Source: a virus. From it: DNA of 64,000 bases. The stretch is taken from IMG/VR virus record IMGVR_UViG_3300028837_002886, positions 32,001 to 96,000 of that record. One strand, given 5' to 3'. Under the pieces are notes generated by a model. It ran no database searches and was not told the origin of the DNA. It saw nothing but the letters and a program-made list of their open reading frames with translations. Positions 10,081 to 19,219 of this stretch are shown here, piece after piece (position 1 is the first letter of the stretch; each line of letters opens with the position of its first letter). Both the position numbers and the translations under genes were made by a program.

Positions 10081-10389
10081 TCATTTGGTCAGATATGACA
10101 AATCCATAATAAAGAACTTAACAAGCAGATCTCTCTTTCCTTGACTGGTGCTCACAAGAAGGCTCGATTTGCTCAACCTGGTGAATTGCTTCGACACAAA
10201 ACTGCCGGTTGTGCCTCGGAATATATCACGCCAGTATATTCTTCCATCCTTGACGTCTGTTATCTGTATAAGTATATCTGAACCGAACAAACCACCAGCT
10301 GGCCGTTGGGTTTCTCCCCAATATACCTCACCAACTGTAAATGTTTTTGGGTCTTCCCATTTGTTTCCAGGTATGGTTGCTGACTTCAT
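10081..10389 (-). CDS. Hypothetical protein with C-terminal amphipathic motif
   Basis: Start revised to MKSATIP, directly after AAAGATAAT. Confidence 0.6.
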   Translation of the reverse strand: MKSATIPGNKWEDPKTFTVGEVYWGETQRPAGGLFGSDILIQITDVKDGRIYWRDIFRGTTGSFVSKQFTRLSKSSLLVSTSQGKRDLLVKFFIMDLSYLTK

Positions 10390-10405
10390 AACATTATCTT
10401 TGGCC

Positions 10406-10535
10406 AAAAAAATACCCGCGCGAGGGTTATCTAATACAACACCGGAAAACACTTCGCGCGGGGAGAAACTGAATTATATGTGATCGTCAAGCGCCGGCCG
10501 CAAGGTGACGCCTAACTGTCAGTCATCGTCAGCAA
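10406..10535 (-). ncRNA. Candidate small structured RNA
   Basis: GC-rich non-coding stretch between an AAGATAA motif (10539-10545) and a 9-bp stem (10454-10462/10415-10423) followed by a T7 run. Confidence 0.3.
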
Positions 10536-10559
10536 GGATTATCTTAGTGATACAATAGC

Positions 10560-11066
10560 TCACGATTGCTGCTGTTTGAAGAAAGATTCGTTTGGAAATT
10601 TTAGTATATTGTCAAGCAGGCACACTAAAAAGTCTTCATACTTGACAAATCTAACGCTGGCATTATACAATATCGCTTCGTTTTCTCCGTCTATAAAGGC
10701 AAGTATTTTTCTATTATTATATTTTACTATTACAATGGGCTGTTTATTCGCTCTGTGGGCATCTTCACAAGCTTGTTTCCACCAATCAAGCCATTCTGTT
10801 TCCTTGGCGTCGCCAAGCAGACCCCAAAGACTAAACTCTTTGCGAGATTTACATTCAACTGAAAATCTGAAGTTCTTGGGGCAGATTATATCACCGGTTA
10901 AGATACCCTTGGCTTCTTCGGTGAGTATATCTTTTTGTGCTGTTCCTATTGCGCCAGACGTAGGAACACGATTAAATGGTTGATTAAATCTTTCTTTTAA
11001 TATCCCGCAAACCTGACGCTCGAAGGCGTTACCCTTGTGCTTGCTCTGAATCATTGTATTTTTCAA
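10560..11066 (-). CDS. Holliday junction resolvase (Hjc-like PD-(D/E)XK)
   Basis: KGNAFER...SGA...GDI...VECK...WWKQA. Confidence 0.85.
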   Translation of the reverse strand: MKNTMIQSKHKGNAFERQVCGILKERFNQPFNRVPTSGAIGTAQKDILTEEAKGILTGDIICPKNFRFSVECKSRKEFSLWGLLGDAKETEWLDWWKQACEDAHRANKQPIVIVKYNNRKILAFIDGENEAILYNASVRFVKYEDFLVCLLDNILKFPNESFFKQQQS

Positions 11067-11358
11067 TTTCCTTTTTGGTGCTATTTATTAGATCGTTTAA
11101 CATTTCGGTTCTGTCTTTTGTTCTATCATAGGTGAAATGTATATCAGAAAATTTTTCATATGAGCCGTTCTGGGTAGGATTATCAAAAACAATAAAAGGT
11201 ATTTCTATTCTCGTTCTCCCAATACTTAAGTCTATAGCCGCGTGTACTTGTTCGTATAAAAGAGCGTAAGGGCTGTGCTGCCCACGGTACAAAAGGCGAA
11301 TAAAATTATCTGCTTCTATTGCTATTTCCTTAATGTGCAGGAGGTCGATATTATTCAC
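11029..11358 (-). CDS. Hypothetical protein
   Basis: ORF preceded by a CATATATAA motif. Confidence 0.55.
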   Translation of the reverse strand: MNNIDLLHIKEIAIEADNFIRLLYRGQHSPYALLYEQVHAAIDLSIGRTRIEIPFIVFDNPTQNGSYEKFSDIHFTYDRTKDRTEMLNDLINSTKKEIEKYNDSEQAQG

Positions 11359-11373
11359 ATAGTTATATATGCT

Positions 11374-12120
11374 TTATGGTTTGAGGGCTTTTTTGACACC
11401 GAAGGCCGTGGCTAATGTGCCAAGTATTACTGTGTTTTTGAGGGTCAAAATCCACTCTAACTTGAACCAATCAACATTGTAGTGAAAGAAATCAGGATTG
11501 ACTTTATCGAGCCACTTGTAATACTTTTGAAACTTCATAGCTGACCGGTTCTTTCTGAAATAGGTATTCAGATTCCTACAGAGAAAAGTGGTGAGAAAAG
11601 CCCGGGAGTATTTCGTCATTGGCAAATCTGGTATCGGAACTGTCCACTTAATAAACACTTTGTTTGGGATATAACCGATTGTCGCCTTGGCATTTTTCAG
11701 AGTATCTTTAAACCAGGTGTTATGATCAAAAGCGAAAGTTATAGTTCTGTCGTCCAGTTTTTTTATGACTATATATTTGCTTTTTTTGTCTGAGTTGGAT
11801 AGGATCCTGTCTTTCAACCAGGATATTATGTCATTGCGAGTATATATCAACTTTTCTTTGGGAGTTATCCACAAATAATCCCACTTGAATATCATAGTGC
11901 CCATGTGGTCGCCGGAATAAACAAACGTTACTGTCAAAGGGTTGGCGCCTGGTTTTTTCTTTGGAATGGGCTTGTTGAGTTCAGCTGGAGCGAAGTCGCT
12001 TGTTCCAGCCGGTTTTATAGAGTAACCTGGAGCCGTATATCGCTTAGTGTGAAATGTTTTGATAGCGTGTGCGCCAACGATACCTATTGCCGCGGCTTTG
12101 AGTATTTTGCTTATTTTCAT
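11374..12120 (-). CDS. Hypothetical basic protein with hydrophobic termini
   Basis: 248-aa ORF. Confidence 0.6.
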   Translation of the reverse strand: MKISKILKAAAIGIVGAHAIKTFHTKRYTAPGYSIKPAGTSDFAPAELNKPIPKKKPGANPLTVTFVYSGDHMGTMIFKWDYLWITPKEKLIYTRNDIISWLKDRILSNSDKKSKYIVIKKLDDRTITFAFDHNTWFKDTLKNAKATIGYIPNKVFIKWTVPIPDLPMTKYSRAFLTTFLCRNLNTYFRKNRSAMKFQKYYKWLDKVNPDFFHYNVDWFKLEWILTLKNTVILGTLATAFGVKKALKP

Positions 12121-12137
12121 TAATGTGATCTCGGAGA

Positions 12138-12584
12138 TTATTGTTTACTATCTTTCTCGTCATCGTAGCGAGCCTGAGGATTTCTTTTGTAGTTCTCTCT
12201 GCTCCAACTTCTTTCTCTGTCAAGATCGTAAAGCCTCTTGTATTTGAAATCGCTAAATATGCCGTCCGAGTCATAGTCTTTTACACACTCAACTATGACA
12301 GGCAACTTGGACGTAAGCGCGCTGATTTCAGTTAACAGATGAGCCACATAAACTGGTAAACCCGGCAGATTGACCACAACAGGAACACCGGAGCAGAAAT
12401 AATCCTTATTTTTTTCTACGATGTCATGTACTTGTATATAAGTGCTGTGCTTCTTGAGATTGAGAGAGGCTCTAATGTGTACCTGTTCAACATTAGATAT
12501 TTCGTGGTCTTTCTTTATTGCCTTTATTATCCCATCGGACAAGAGGGCACCAAAGTTCAACAGATATGCTTTCTCCACGCTCAT
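12138..12584 (-). CDS. csx15: Csx15-like protein (type III CRISPR ring nuclease/cOA-binding family)
   Basis: LLNF..., VVVNLPGLPVYVAHLLTEISALTSKLPVIV and YDLDRERSWSR follow the Csx15 layout as I recall it (LNFSHPL; NLPG...A.LLAEL.G..G.FP; LNLQ..R..AR). Confidence 0.55.
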   Translation of the reverse strand: MSVEKAYLLNFGALLSDGIIKAIKKDHEISNVEQVHIRASLNLKKHSTYIQVHDIVEKNKDYFCSGVPVVVNLPGLPVYVAHLLTEISALTSKLPVIVECVKDYDSDGIFSDFKYKRLYDLDRERSWSRENYKRNPQARYDDEKDSKQ

Positions 12585-12642
12585 TGTACACTCCTAATTG
12601 TCGACTTGGTGTTATTTCATTTATCTTTATTGGAAAGAAGTA

Positions 12643-12999
12643 TTAGTCTTTATAAAACTTTAAAAAAGTTACAATATAAGCGCGCTTCCACATCGCACGA
12701 CCATTTTCATACAGATACTTTATCTTGTCGCGCTTATTCTCAATATTATACTTAACAGGAGAGTAGTCTGTATCGACAGTGACACTTATTTTTTGTGCGT
12801 CAGGAAGGCCAAGCATTTGAGCAGCCAGCCCTATTGATCGCTTCATATAAGGAAGGCCCTGTGCTCCTGGTTCCGTAAGAGCGACGCGTTCCTTGTGCGA
12901 AATGATAGCAAGGACATGCTGCTCTCTTTTGTCGTCTATGGTGAGCGCTGTATCTTCTTCGTCGAAATCTTTGTAGTTTATTGGTTTTCTTTTCATCAC
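12643..12999 (-). CDS. Hypothetical protein
   Basis: ORF behind an AAGATAA motif. Confidence 0.6.
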   Translation of the reverse strand: MMKRKPINYKDFDEEDTALTIDDKREQHVLAIISHKERVALTEPGAQGLPYMKRSIGLAAQMLGLPDAQKISVTVDTDYSPVKYNIENKRDKIKYLYENGRAMWKRAYIVTFLKFYKD

Positions 13000-13009
13000 A
13001 AGGTTATCT

Positions 13010-13561
13010 TTAGATGAGGAAGTCTTTTATTTGATTCCAGTTTTCAAATGTGTGTTCGAAGGCGTTGTAATTACGGTTGGCGGGGGTTCTAAAGAGTATC
13101 CCTGTTCCCGAAAAGCGGCGCAAACACAAAGGTCTATCATCAATCATGTAGTTTCCTTTTAATCGCCACTTGTCGGTAATGAATATCATTTGTTCATTTT
13201 TGATAAAAGGAAAGTATTTATTCAGCCACTGTATTTTCTCGGGGATACAGTTTTTGCATGGAAACGGGGCGGTACAAACATATACTTGATATTTTTCGTT
13301 GAGCAGTTTTAATACTTCCGCGGCATCTGGTTTTGGCTCGAGATTGAACCAAAAGCCCTTTTTAGAGAATATTTTAGTAAGAATCTCAAAACCCTCTTCG
13401 TCGTTATGACCGAAGCATCTATAAAATTCCCATTGATATATTTCTTCCGGGCGCCGATTAGTGCCCATTAATTCGTTGTATCCATCGACGATGCCCACGA
13501 TCATGTCTGCCAGAACATCATCCATATCTACGTATATAATCTTTTTATACATGTATCTCAT
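13010..13561 (-). CDS. 5'(3')-deoxyribonucleotidase (HAD, NT5C family)
   Basis: YVDMDDVLAD, EKIQWL, IDD. Confidence 0.9.
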   Translation of the reverse strand: MRYMYKKIIYVDMDDVLADMIVGIVDGYNELMGTNRRPEEIYQWEFYRCFGHNDEEGFEILTKIFSKKGFWFNLEPKPDAAEVLKLLNEKYQVYVCTAPFPCKNCIPEKIQWLNKYFPFIKNEQMIFITDKWRLKGNYMIDDRPLCLRRFSGTGILFRTPANRNYNAFEHTFENWNQIKDFLI

Positions 13562-13581
13562 GCTATTATATATGTCATGAC

Positions 13582-13613
13582 AAAAAAAAAAGACAGCTCC
13601 CTAAGGAGCTGCC
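13582..13613 (-). terminator. Rho-independent terminator after cca
   Basis: GGCAGCTCC-TTAG-GGAGCTGTC followed by a T10 run. Confidence 0.9.
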
Positions 13614-14927
13614 TTAGTTGTCAATCTTCTCTTTGATATATCTGATAGCATCTTCCTTGCTTTTCAGAACATCTTCGAGTTGCTTGTCGGTTACATCTTC
13701 CAAAAGCTCCCGGAAGATAGGCCCTGGTTCAAGACCGAGTTCGATCAAATCATGACCGTCGATTAGTCGTGGAGGCTTAATCTCTTCGGGCTCAAAAGTG
13801 TCGAGTTTCTCGTTAATATAATCGTACCACTCAATCATCTTGGTAGAAGAAAGAGAATCGGCACGACATAGTTGCATCAACTCAACCAAATAAGGCTGAG
13901 CGAGCATTCTCTTGAGTTTAGCGGTACGCATCTTGGTTGCTTTCTTAATGCGCATATGGTCATGAATCAAATTATATACCAACTCAATGAACTTGGTTGA
14001 AAACTTAAGCTCTTTGAGCCGCTCTTTGGCCATGTCAGCCCCAACAAACTCATGAGCGCGACTTCTGACTCTGCCGTTCTCATAGACAGTCACCGGAGGC
14101 TTCCCGATGTCATGAAGCAGAGTCGCCCAAATGGTCTCGTCTTTGAGGTCCTCGTTCTCCTCGAAAAGAAGGTCCATTACAATCTTGGTATGCTCAAAAA
14201 CATCACCCTCTGGATGCCACTTGGGTTCTTGTGGACAGCCCTTCATGTTTGCGACTTCCGGAAGAACTTGTTTAAGAAGACCAGAAGACCATAGGAGATC
14301 CAACGCTCTTGTAGATTCACCAAGCCTGAACAGCTTGGACAACTCATCCTGGATCCTCTCGTTAGAAACCTCATGGATTTTATGAGAGTTGCGGACGATA
14401 GCCTGAAAAGACTCGTCTTCAATCTTCATATCAAAACGAACTGCGAACCTAACGGCCCGTAGCATTCTCAACTTATCCTCATCGATTCTTTTTTGAGAGT
14501 CGCCGACAAACCTTAAGTTTTTGTTTTCCAGGTCTTTCTTGCCGTCAACCAGATCGATGAAATGGTCTTCGATAGGATCATAAAACATGGCGTTGATAGT
14601 AAAGTCCCTGCGCTCGGCATCCTCTTGAATGGTAGCATAGGTTACTTTAGAAGGGTGACGGCCGTCCAAATACTCACCGTCGGTTCTGAAGGTGGCCACC
14701 TCAAAAGGGTCGCCGTCCATCATAACCACAACAACACCGAAAGTTTTACCGATGGGAAGGGTGAGGTCAAAAAGCTCCTCAACCTTTTCCGGAAGAGCAT
14801 TGGTGGCGATGTCATAATCATGAGGCTTGTGGCCGAGAAGCATATCGCGGACAGAACCGCCGGCATATACAGCATCATAGCCATTGTCTTGAAGTTTTTT
14901 GACGATGTTTAGTGCTTTGTCTTTCAT
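13614..14927 (-). CDS. cca: CCA-adding tRNA nucleotidyltransferase with HD domain
   Basis: GGSVRD, DYDIAT, RRDFTINA, EDKLRMLRAVRF, HPEGDVFEHT, LLHDIGK; start revised to MKDKAL. Confidence 0.92.
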   Translation of the reverse strand: MKDKALNIVKKLQDNGYDAVYAGGSVRDMLLGHKPHDYDIATNALPEKVEELFDLTLPIGKTFGVVVVMMDGDPFEVATFRTDGEYLDGRHPSKVTYATIQEDAERRDFTINAMFYDPIEDHFIDLVDGKKDLENKNLRFVGDSQKRIDEDKLRMLRAVRFAVRFDMKIEDESFQAIVRNSHKIHEVSNERIQDELSKLFRLGESTRALDLLWSSGLLKQVLPEVANMKGCPQEPKWHPEGDVFEHTKIVMDLLFEENEDLKDETIWATLLHDIGKPPVTVYENGRVRSRAHEFVGADMAKERLKELKFSTKFIELVYNLIHDHMRIKKATKMRTAKLKRMLAQPYLVELMQLCRADSLSSTKMIEWYDYINEKLDTFEPEEIKPPRLIDGHDLIELGLEPGPIFRELLEDVTDKQLEDVLKSKEDAIRYIKEKIDN

Positions 14928-14933
14928 GTTTAT

Positions 14934-14962
14934 ATTATAACCTATATTGCTCGTCCTGTAAA
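14934..14962 (-). promoter_or_regulatory. Sigma70-type promoter TTTACA-N17-TATAAT, leaderless
   Basis: Exact 17-bp spacer; ATG 6 nt after the -10 box. Confidence 0.8.
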
Positions 14963-15151
14963 GGCCGATCGGCCAGAAGAAATGACGGGTTTCCACTGCG
15001 CGCAGGTGGGTATCTTTGGTGATCGATACACGTTTAAGTTAATACACTTAGAAGTGGTGCCAATTGGAATATTCACACGCCAACGACACGTCAAGCATGT
15101 TTTATTCATCAAAAGCATTTTAGCTTTTTTCTTGCGTGTCCAGTTTGCCAT
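14942..15151 (-). CDS. Small Cys-rich protein, AKxLL family
   Basis: MANWTRKKKAKMLLMNKTCLTC. Confidence 0.65.
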   Translation of the reverse strand: MANWTRKKKAKMLLMNKTCLTCRWRVNIPIGTTSKCINLNVYRSPKIPTCAQWKPVISSGRSAFTGRAI

Positions 15152-15428
15152 TATGTTTTTTCCGCATAAGAGATATGTATTTTTTATGCGTACGTTCCAC
15201 ATGTTGCCAGAAGTCATCACGCTTATGGGCGTCATTCACATGAGGATAGTAATCTTCACAAAACAGTTCTTTTGGGACATCACACATTCCGCTGTCGTGT
15301 AAAAATGTGTTTCTTTCTTCAAGTCGACAATACCAGTCTTTATATTCAAAAGAGCCCTTTATACAATAGAGGCAATTTATACATCCTTTATCTAATAGCA
15401 GTTTTTTGGCGACGTTCGCTTTTTTCAT
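15120..15428 (-). CDS. Small Cys-rich protein, AKxLL family
   Basis: MKKANVAKKLLLDKGCINC. Confidence 0.7.
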   Translation of the reverse strand: MKKANVAKKLLLDKGCINCLYCIKGSFEYKDWYCRLEERNTFLHDSGMCDVPKELFCEDYYPHVNDAHKRDDFWQHVERTHKKYISLMRKKHNGKLDTQEKS

Positions 15429-15652
15429 ACTATACGTTTTGAACCTTCCCAAAAATCACATGTTCCCATGACATTTATTTTACAAACTTTACCAATAAAG
15501 TCATGATTTTTATTGTTACTCCAAAGCGGGTGCGCGCAATAATGCCCTATATTATTGCCGTATGCATCTAAATGATAAAAATGTATGCACCTCTGACATG
15601 TTTTACCTAATAATAATTTTTTTGCGCACTCTTTTGTAAATCTATCTCTCAT
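15425..15652 (-). CDS. Small Cys-rich protein, AKxLL family
   Basis: KECAKKLLLGKTCQRC. Confidence 0.7.
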   Translation of the reverse strand: MRDRFTKECAKKLLLGKTCQRCIHFYHLDAYGNNIGHYCAHPLWSNNKNHDFIGKVCKINVMGTCDFWEGSKRIV

Positions 15653-15852
15653 TTCGTTTTATAACCGCGGTAAAAGTCCCGACATGTATAATCATTGGAA
15701 ATATTTTCGTCTACACCACTCTGCCGCGAACGCAACATGCATAAGTATTGGTATTTATGTGTTTTTGGATGAAGACGTCGGTATCCGTAAAGGCACTTGC
15801 AACAGTTTTTGTCCAACAATAATTTTTTAGCTACAACGCTCTTGCTTATCAT
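15649..15852 (-). CDS. Small Cys-rich protein, AKxLL family
   Basis: KSVVAKKLLLDKNCCKC. Confidence 0.7.
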   Translation of the reverse strand: MISKSVVAKKLLLDKNCCKCLYGYRRLHPKTHKYQYLCMLRSRQSGVDENISNDYTCRDFYRGYKTK

Positions 15853-16448
15853 GGCATAGTTTCAGGATTAGAAAGCATACTGATAAAGGACCTGTATTCG
15901 CGTATCATGTTTATGAATATGTGTCCTTGTTCAATAGCATCATCAATAGCCTTGTGAGTGTGCTTGTGTGCCGTATTCATCCACCGGCCTGGCATCCTGG
16001 CTTTTGTTACTTTTCGGTACTCGCAATTTATCAAAAACATTGCAAAAGTTTTCATGTCCAGCGCAGAAAACGAAAATGGCGAATGCTTCATGAATCTTAT
16101 GAGATACCAGTATACAAAAGTGAAATCAAAACCTGCGGGAAAAGCAACGAGCACGGGTTTGCAGTTAAACTTCAAAGCGGTTGCAGTGACCCACTTGTGA
16201 AACCGTTTCATTACTTCTTCCGGATCTCCGGGATTCTTTCGGCATTCATCCCACGCCTCTTTGTTGCGACTCCAGAACTTCATGGTATTAGGATCCTGCT
16301 CTGCATCCGGAAGTTCCTTGAGATTAGCTTCAAATGTTCCTACCATGTTTCCTTCACGGTCAAATGCCGCGGCCGCAATGCTCAACATAGAGTTAGGACC
16401 AGGTATGGGACCGTCTGCTTCTACGTCAACACTAAAGTACATTTCCAT
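15849..16448 (-). CDS. DEDDh 3'-5' exo(ribo)nuclease (Rv2179c/RNase AS-like)
   Basis: SVDVEADG, GFD, LDMKT, HKAIDDA. Confidence 0.85.
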   Translation of the reverse strand: MEMYFSVDVEADGPIPGPNSMLSIAAAAFDREGNMVGTFEANLKELPDAEQDPNTMKFWSRNKEAWDECRKNPGDPEEVMKRFHKWVTATALKFNCKPVLVAFPAGFDFTFVYWYLIRFMKHSPFSFSALDMKTFAMFLINCEYRKVTKARMPGRWMNTAHKHTHKAIDDAIEQGHIFINMIREYRSFISMLSNPETMP

Positions 16449-16899
16449 CTTGTTTACCCTTTTCCATTATTTTATTCAAATCCATATTGAATGGATCAAA
16501 TCTTTTTTTGTATGCATCAGTTTTTTTATAGTTTTCTTCCTGATAATGTCTGGCCAAAACTATTTGTTCGGTGGCCTTTTTAATCTTTTTAGATATACGC
16601 ATCATTATGCGCTCTTCCCAATGTTTAGGATACCTGATGCGCCAGCTATACACTATTTTGTAAGCGTGACCGCCGACCTTCATCATACAATACATAAAAG
16701 CCGCATACAGCGCAACTTTAATATACCACGTCATGAGCTCGTGATTGTGAAACATACACAGCCCTATGGCCAACAAAGCACCTACGCCGATCCAAATAAT
16801 AATGCCGCTCCATACGCTTGCTTCTTTCTCCTTTTTCATAAACAGCCCCTTCTCCTGTAAATTATTATCATGATAAGTTCTTCCGCGAATCAAACGCAT
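16432..16899 (-). CDS. Two-TM membrane protein
   Basis: Two hydrophobic segments; start uncertain. Confidence 0.55.
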   Translation of the reverse strand: MRLIRGRTYHDNNLQEKGLFMKKEKEASVWSGIIIWIGVGALLAIGLCMFHNHELMTWYIKVALYAAFMYCMMKVGGHAYKIVYSWRIRYPKHWEERIMMRISKKIKKATEQIVLARHYQEENYKKTDAYKKRFDPFNMDLNKIMEKGKQDGNVL

Positions 16900-17896
16900 C
16901 TCTCACGCCTTCTCCAACAAAGATGAGAAGTGAAAGTAAAACCGAAAGCACCACAAATGAAGTAATTCCTAACCAAGGCGCCTGCAAATTGGCCTTTCCT
17001 TGAGCCAGTAATCTCCCTAACGAAGGAGATCCGGCTGGAAGCCCGAATCCCAGAAAATCAAGAGAAGTAAGAGCGACGATGGAACCATTTAGAATGAACG
17101 GCAAAAACGTTAACGTAGCAACCATTGCGTTAGGAAGTATATGCTTAAACATAATCTTAAAATCTTTGACACCCAAGGCTCTTGCGGCTTTAACATACTC
17201 AAAATTTCGGGTCCGTAAAAATTCTGCGCGCACTACCCCAACTAACGACAGCCATGAAAACAAAAGTAAGATTAACAACAGCAACGCAAAGTTTGGAGTA
17301 ATAATACTAGTAATAATTATTATCAAAAACAATGTTGGTATCGAGCCCCAGATTTCAATGAACCTTTGCATCAATAGATCAACTCTACCACCAAAATAAC
17401 CCTGAACCGCTCCTGCCATTATTCCGATAGCAGAACTACATGTGGTCAATACAAGTCCGAAAATTACAGATATCCTGAAACCGTAAATCACCAGCGCGAC
17501 TACATCATGACCTTGGTCATCGGTTCCCAGCCAATGTCTCAGAGAAGGTTTAGTTGGTGCTGGTTCCGTCATTATATAATCAATTGTATCAAATTTATAC
17601 TTAATCGCTGGCCAGATAATCCAGCCGTTGTTTTTTATCAACTCTTCAAGATATGGATCATGATAATCTGCCTTTATGTTTAATGTCCCGCCGAAATCCA
17701 TCTCCGTATAATTTTTGGTTATTGGAAAGTAAAACCGATCTGCGTATCTTATAAGCAGAGGACTATCGTTTGCTATGAACTCGGCAAAAAGTGAAAAAAC
17801 AAAAAGAAAAAGGAATATCCAGAGCGACCAGTACGCCCTTCTGTTTGCTATAAAATTATCTAATCTTCTTCTTGCTACCAGGCTTAGTTCTTTCAT
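16868..17896 (-). CDS. yejE: Oligopeptide/microcin C ABC transporter permease YejE
   Basis: NRRAYWSLWIF, AEFIANDSPL, HWLGTDDQG, RAEFLRTRNFEYVKAARALG, GEGVRDAFD. Confidence 0.92.
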   Translation of the reverse strand: MKELSLVARRRLDNFIANRRAYWSLWIFLFLFVFSLFAEFIANDSPLLIRYADRFYFPITKNYTEMDFGGTLNIKADYHDPYLEELIKNNGWIIWPAIKYKFDTIDYIMTEPAPTKPSLRHWLGTDDQGHDVVALVIYGFRISVIFGLVLTTCSSAIGIMAGAVQGYFGGRVDLLMQRFIEIWGSIPTLFLIIIITSIITPNFALLLLILLLFSWLSLVGVVRAEFLRTRNFEYVKAARALGVKDFKIMFKHILPNAMVATLTFLPFILNGSIVALTSLDFLGFGLPAGSPSLGRLLAQGKANLQAPWLGITSFVVLSVLLSLLIFVGEGVRDAFDSRKNLS

Positions 17897-17905
17897 CCCT
17901 AATCC

Positions 17906-18325
17906 TTATTCCAGGACTGCTTCGGTCACTCCCCAAATTTTAATTTCCACGACCTCTCGATGTTCAGTAAACACAAATACACCAAAATACTCTTCGCGCG
18001 AGTCAACACGTCTATTGCCTTGGTGATATACTTTTAGATGCTGCACTACCTGCTTGTTCTGCGTATTCATATAGACATACAAGTACTCCATCGTCCATCC
18101 TATTACCACTTCGCTTCCCTTGTTAGTCAAAACATACGAAACTGAAACCAGCGAACCAACCTGGGTCCAATCTCTTAATTCAATCTGTAAGGGAGACATA
18201 ATGCCCTGTTTCTCATAGGCCTTCTTGGATGAAAAGTGGTTCGGATATTTTGCCACACTTCCTACAATCACCGCAAAACCTATAAGAAATGAGATAAATA
18301 ATATATCACGGCCGCGTTTTGTCAT
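17906..18325 (-). CDS. Membrane-anchored hypothetical protein
   Basis: N-terminal TM followed by a beta-rich domain. Confidence 0.6.
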   Translation of the reverse strand: MTKRGRDILFISFLIGFAVIVGSVAKYPNHFSSKKAYEKQGIMSPLQIELRDWTQVGSLVSVSYVLTNKGSEVVIGWTMEYLYVYMNTQNKQVVQHLKVYHQGNRRVDSREEYFGVFVFTEHREVVEIKIWGVTEAVLE

Positions 18326-18340
18326 GTCATGACCCCTTTA

Positions 18341-18535
18341 TTAAGACGTCTCATTTATCTCAGCAAGTCGTTTCACGCTCTTTGCGTGAAACTCTGCGTG
18401 CTTAGTCAAATGAGACTTTTCCCACTCAATCATTGCTTCTAGGTTGGCAATATGTTGTGCGCCTTCTGCCAGGTACTTCTCATTCCAAGCAATCTTTGCT
18501 TCAAGCTGTTCTTTAGTCATATGATTACAACTCAT
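18341..18535 (-). CDS. Small coiled-coil protein
   Basis: Internal repeat LEAKIAWNEK/LEAMIEWEKS. Confidence 0.6.
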   Translation of the reverse strand: MSCNHMTKEQLEAKIAWNEKYLAEGAQHIANLEAMIEWEKSHLTKHAEFHAKSVKRLAEINETS

Positions 18536-18682
18536 CTCTACTTTCCTTAATTAAGTATTTACTTTTAATACCCGCCATTTATATAGGACGGCCGGCAATG
18601 CTTTCTCATTTTCCGATCCATATAACCCTTGTAGTACACATGATGGAACCGAAAAGTGTACTTAAACCATCTTCCTATGATC

Positions 18683-18931
18683 CTACTCAATCTTTTCATG
18701 ACGCATCTCCTTTAGTTTCTTTTTTTCAATCCGTATTGAAACACAATCGCTATATGTTCTCACATAGTAGGCCCAGCCCTTAATTACTTTCACCTGCCAC
18801 TCATATTTGTCACCATAAAGATCTTGAATCTCAGCCACTCGCTCACGCGCATCAATAAGATGCTTAAAAACTTCTACGGAGACATCAGTATGGGTATCTT
18901 CTGTAATAACTATGTACACTTCCATTTTCAA
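18683..18931 (-). CDS. Hypothetical protein
   Basis: ORF in the minus-strand operon. Confidence 0.6.
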   Translation of the reverse strand: MKMEVYIVITEDTHTDVSVEVFKHLIDARERVAEIQDLYGDKYEWQVKVIKGWAYYVRTYSDCVSIRIEKKKLKEMRHEKIE

Positions 18932-18960
18932 CCACCTTGGTTTATTTTTAATCTCACTTT

Positions 18961-19219
18961 TTACACCTCGCGCGTTTCAAAGTCAATACGAGGATCTATG
19001 AACATATACATCACAACCACAACCACCTATCTTTTTTTTCTCTACCGCATTTCTCACATCGAAAAATAGCTATGCGCAGAGTTCCTCCCCATATAGCATA
19101 ATACATGCCACGTTTCCACTGATGCTTACATTTCACCAAACGATTCCATATTTTCTTTAATCTTTCCATCAAACCTCTCTAGTTTCAAAGTCAATACGAG
19201 GATCTATGAACATATACAT
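18961..19219. repeat. Direct repeat of the yejB 3' end (18974-19011 = 19182-19219, 38 bp identical) flanking one small gene
   Basis: GTTTCAAAGTCAATACGAGGATCTATGAACATATACAT occurs twice, 208 bp apart. Confidence 0.95.
19011..19169 (-). CDS. 52-aa zinc-ribbon-like protein
   Basis: Translated by hand: MERLKKIWNRLVKCKHQW...RCEKCGREKKDRWLWL; TGATG overlaps at both ends. Confidence 0.65.
   Translation of the reverse strand: MERLKKIWNRLVKCKHQWKRGMYYAIWGGTLRIAIFRCEKCGREKKDRWLWL

Noticed and set aside
10500-10535. CTGACGA on the minus strand resembling a hammerhead ribozyme core
   Set aside because: No GAAA after a plausible stem II and no matching stems I/III.
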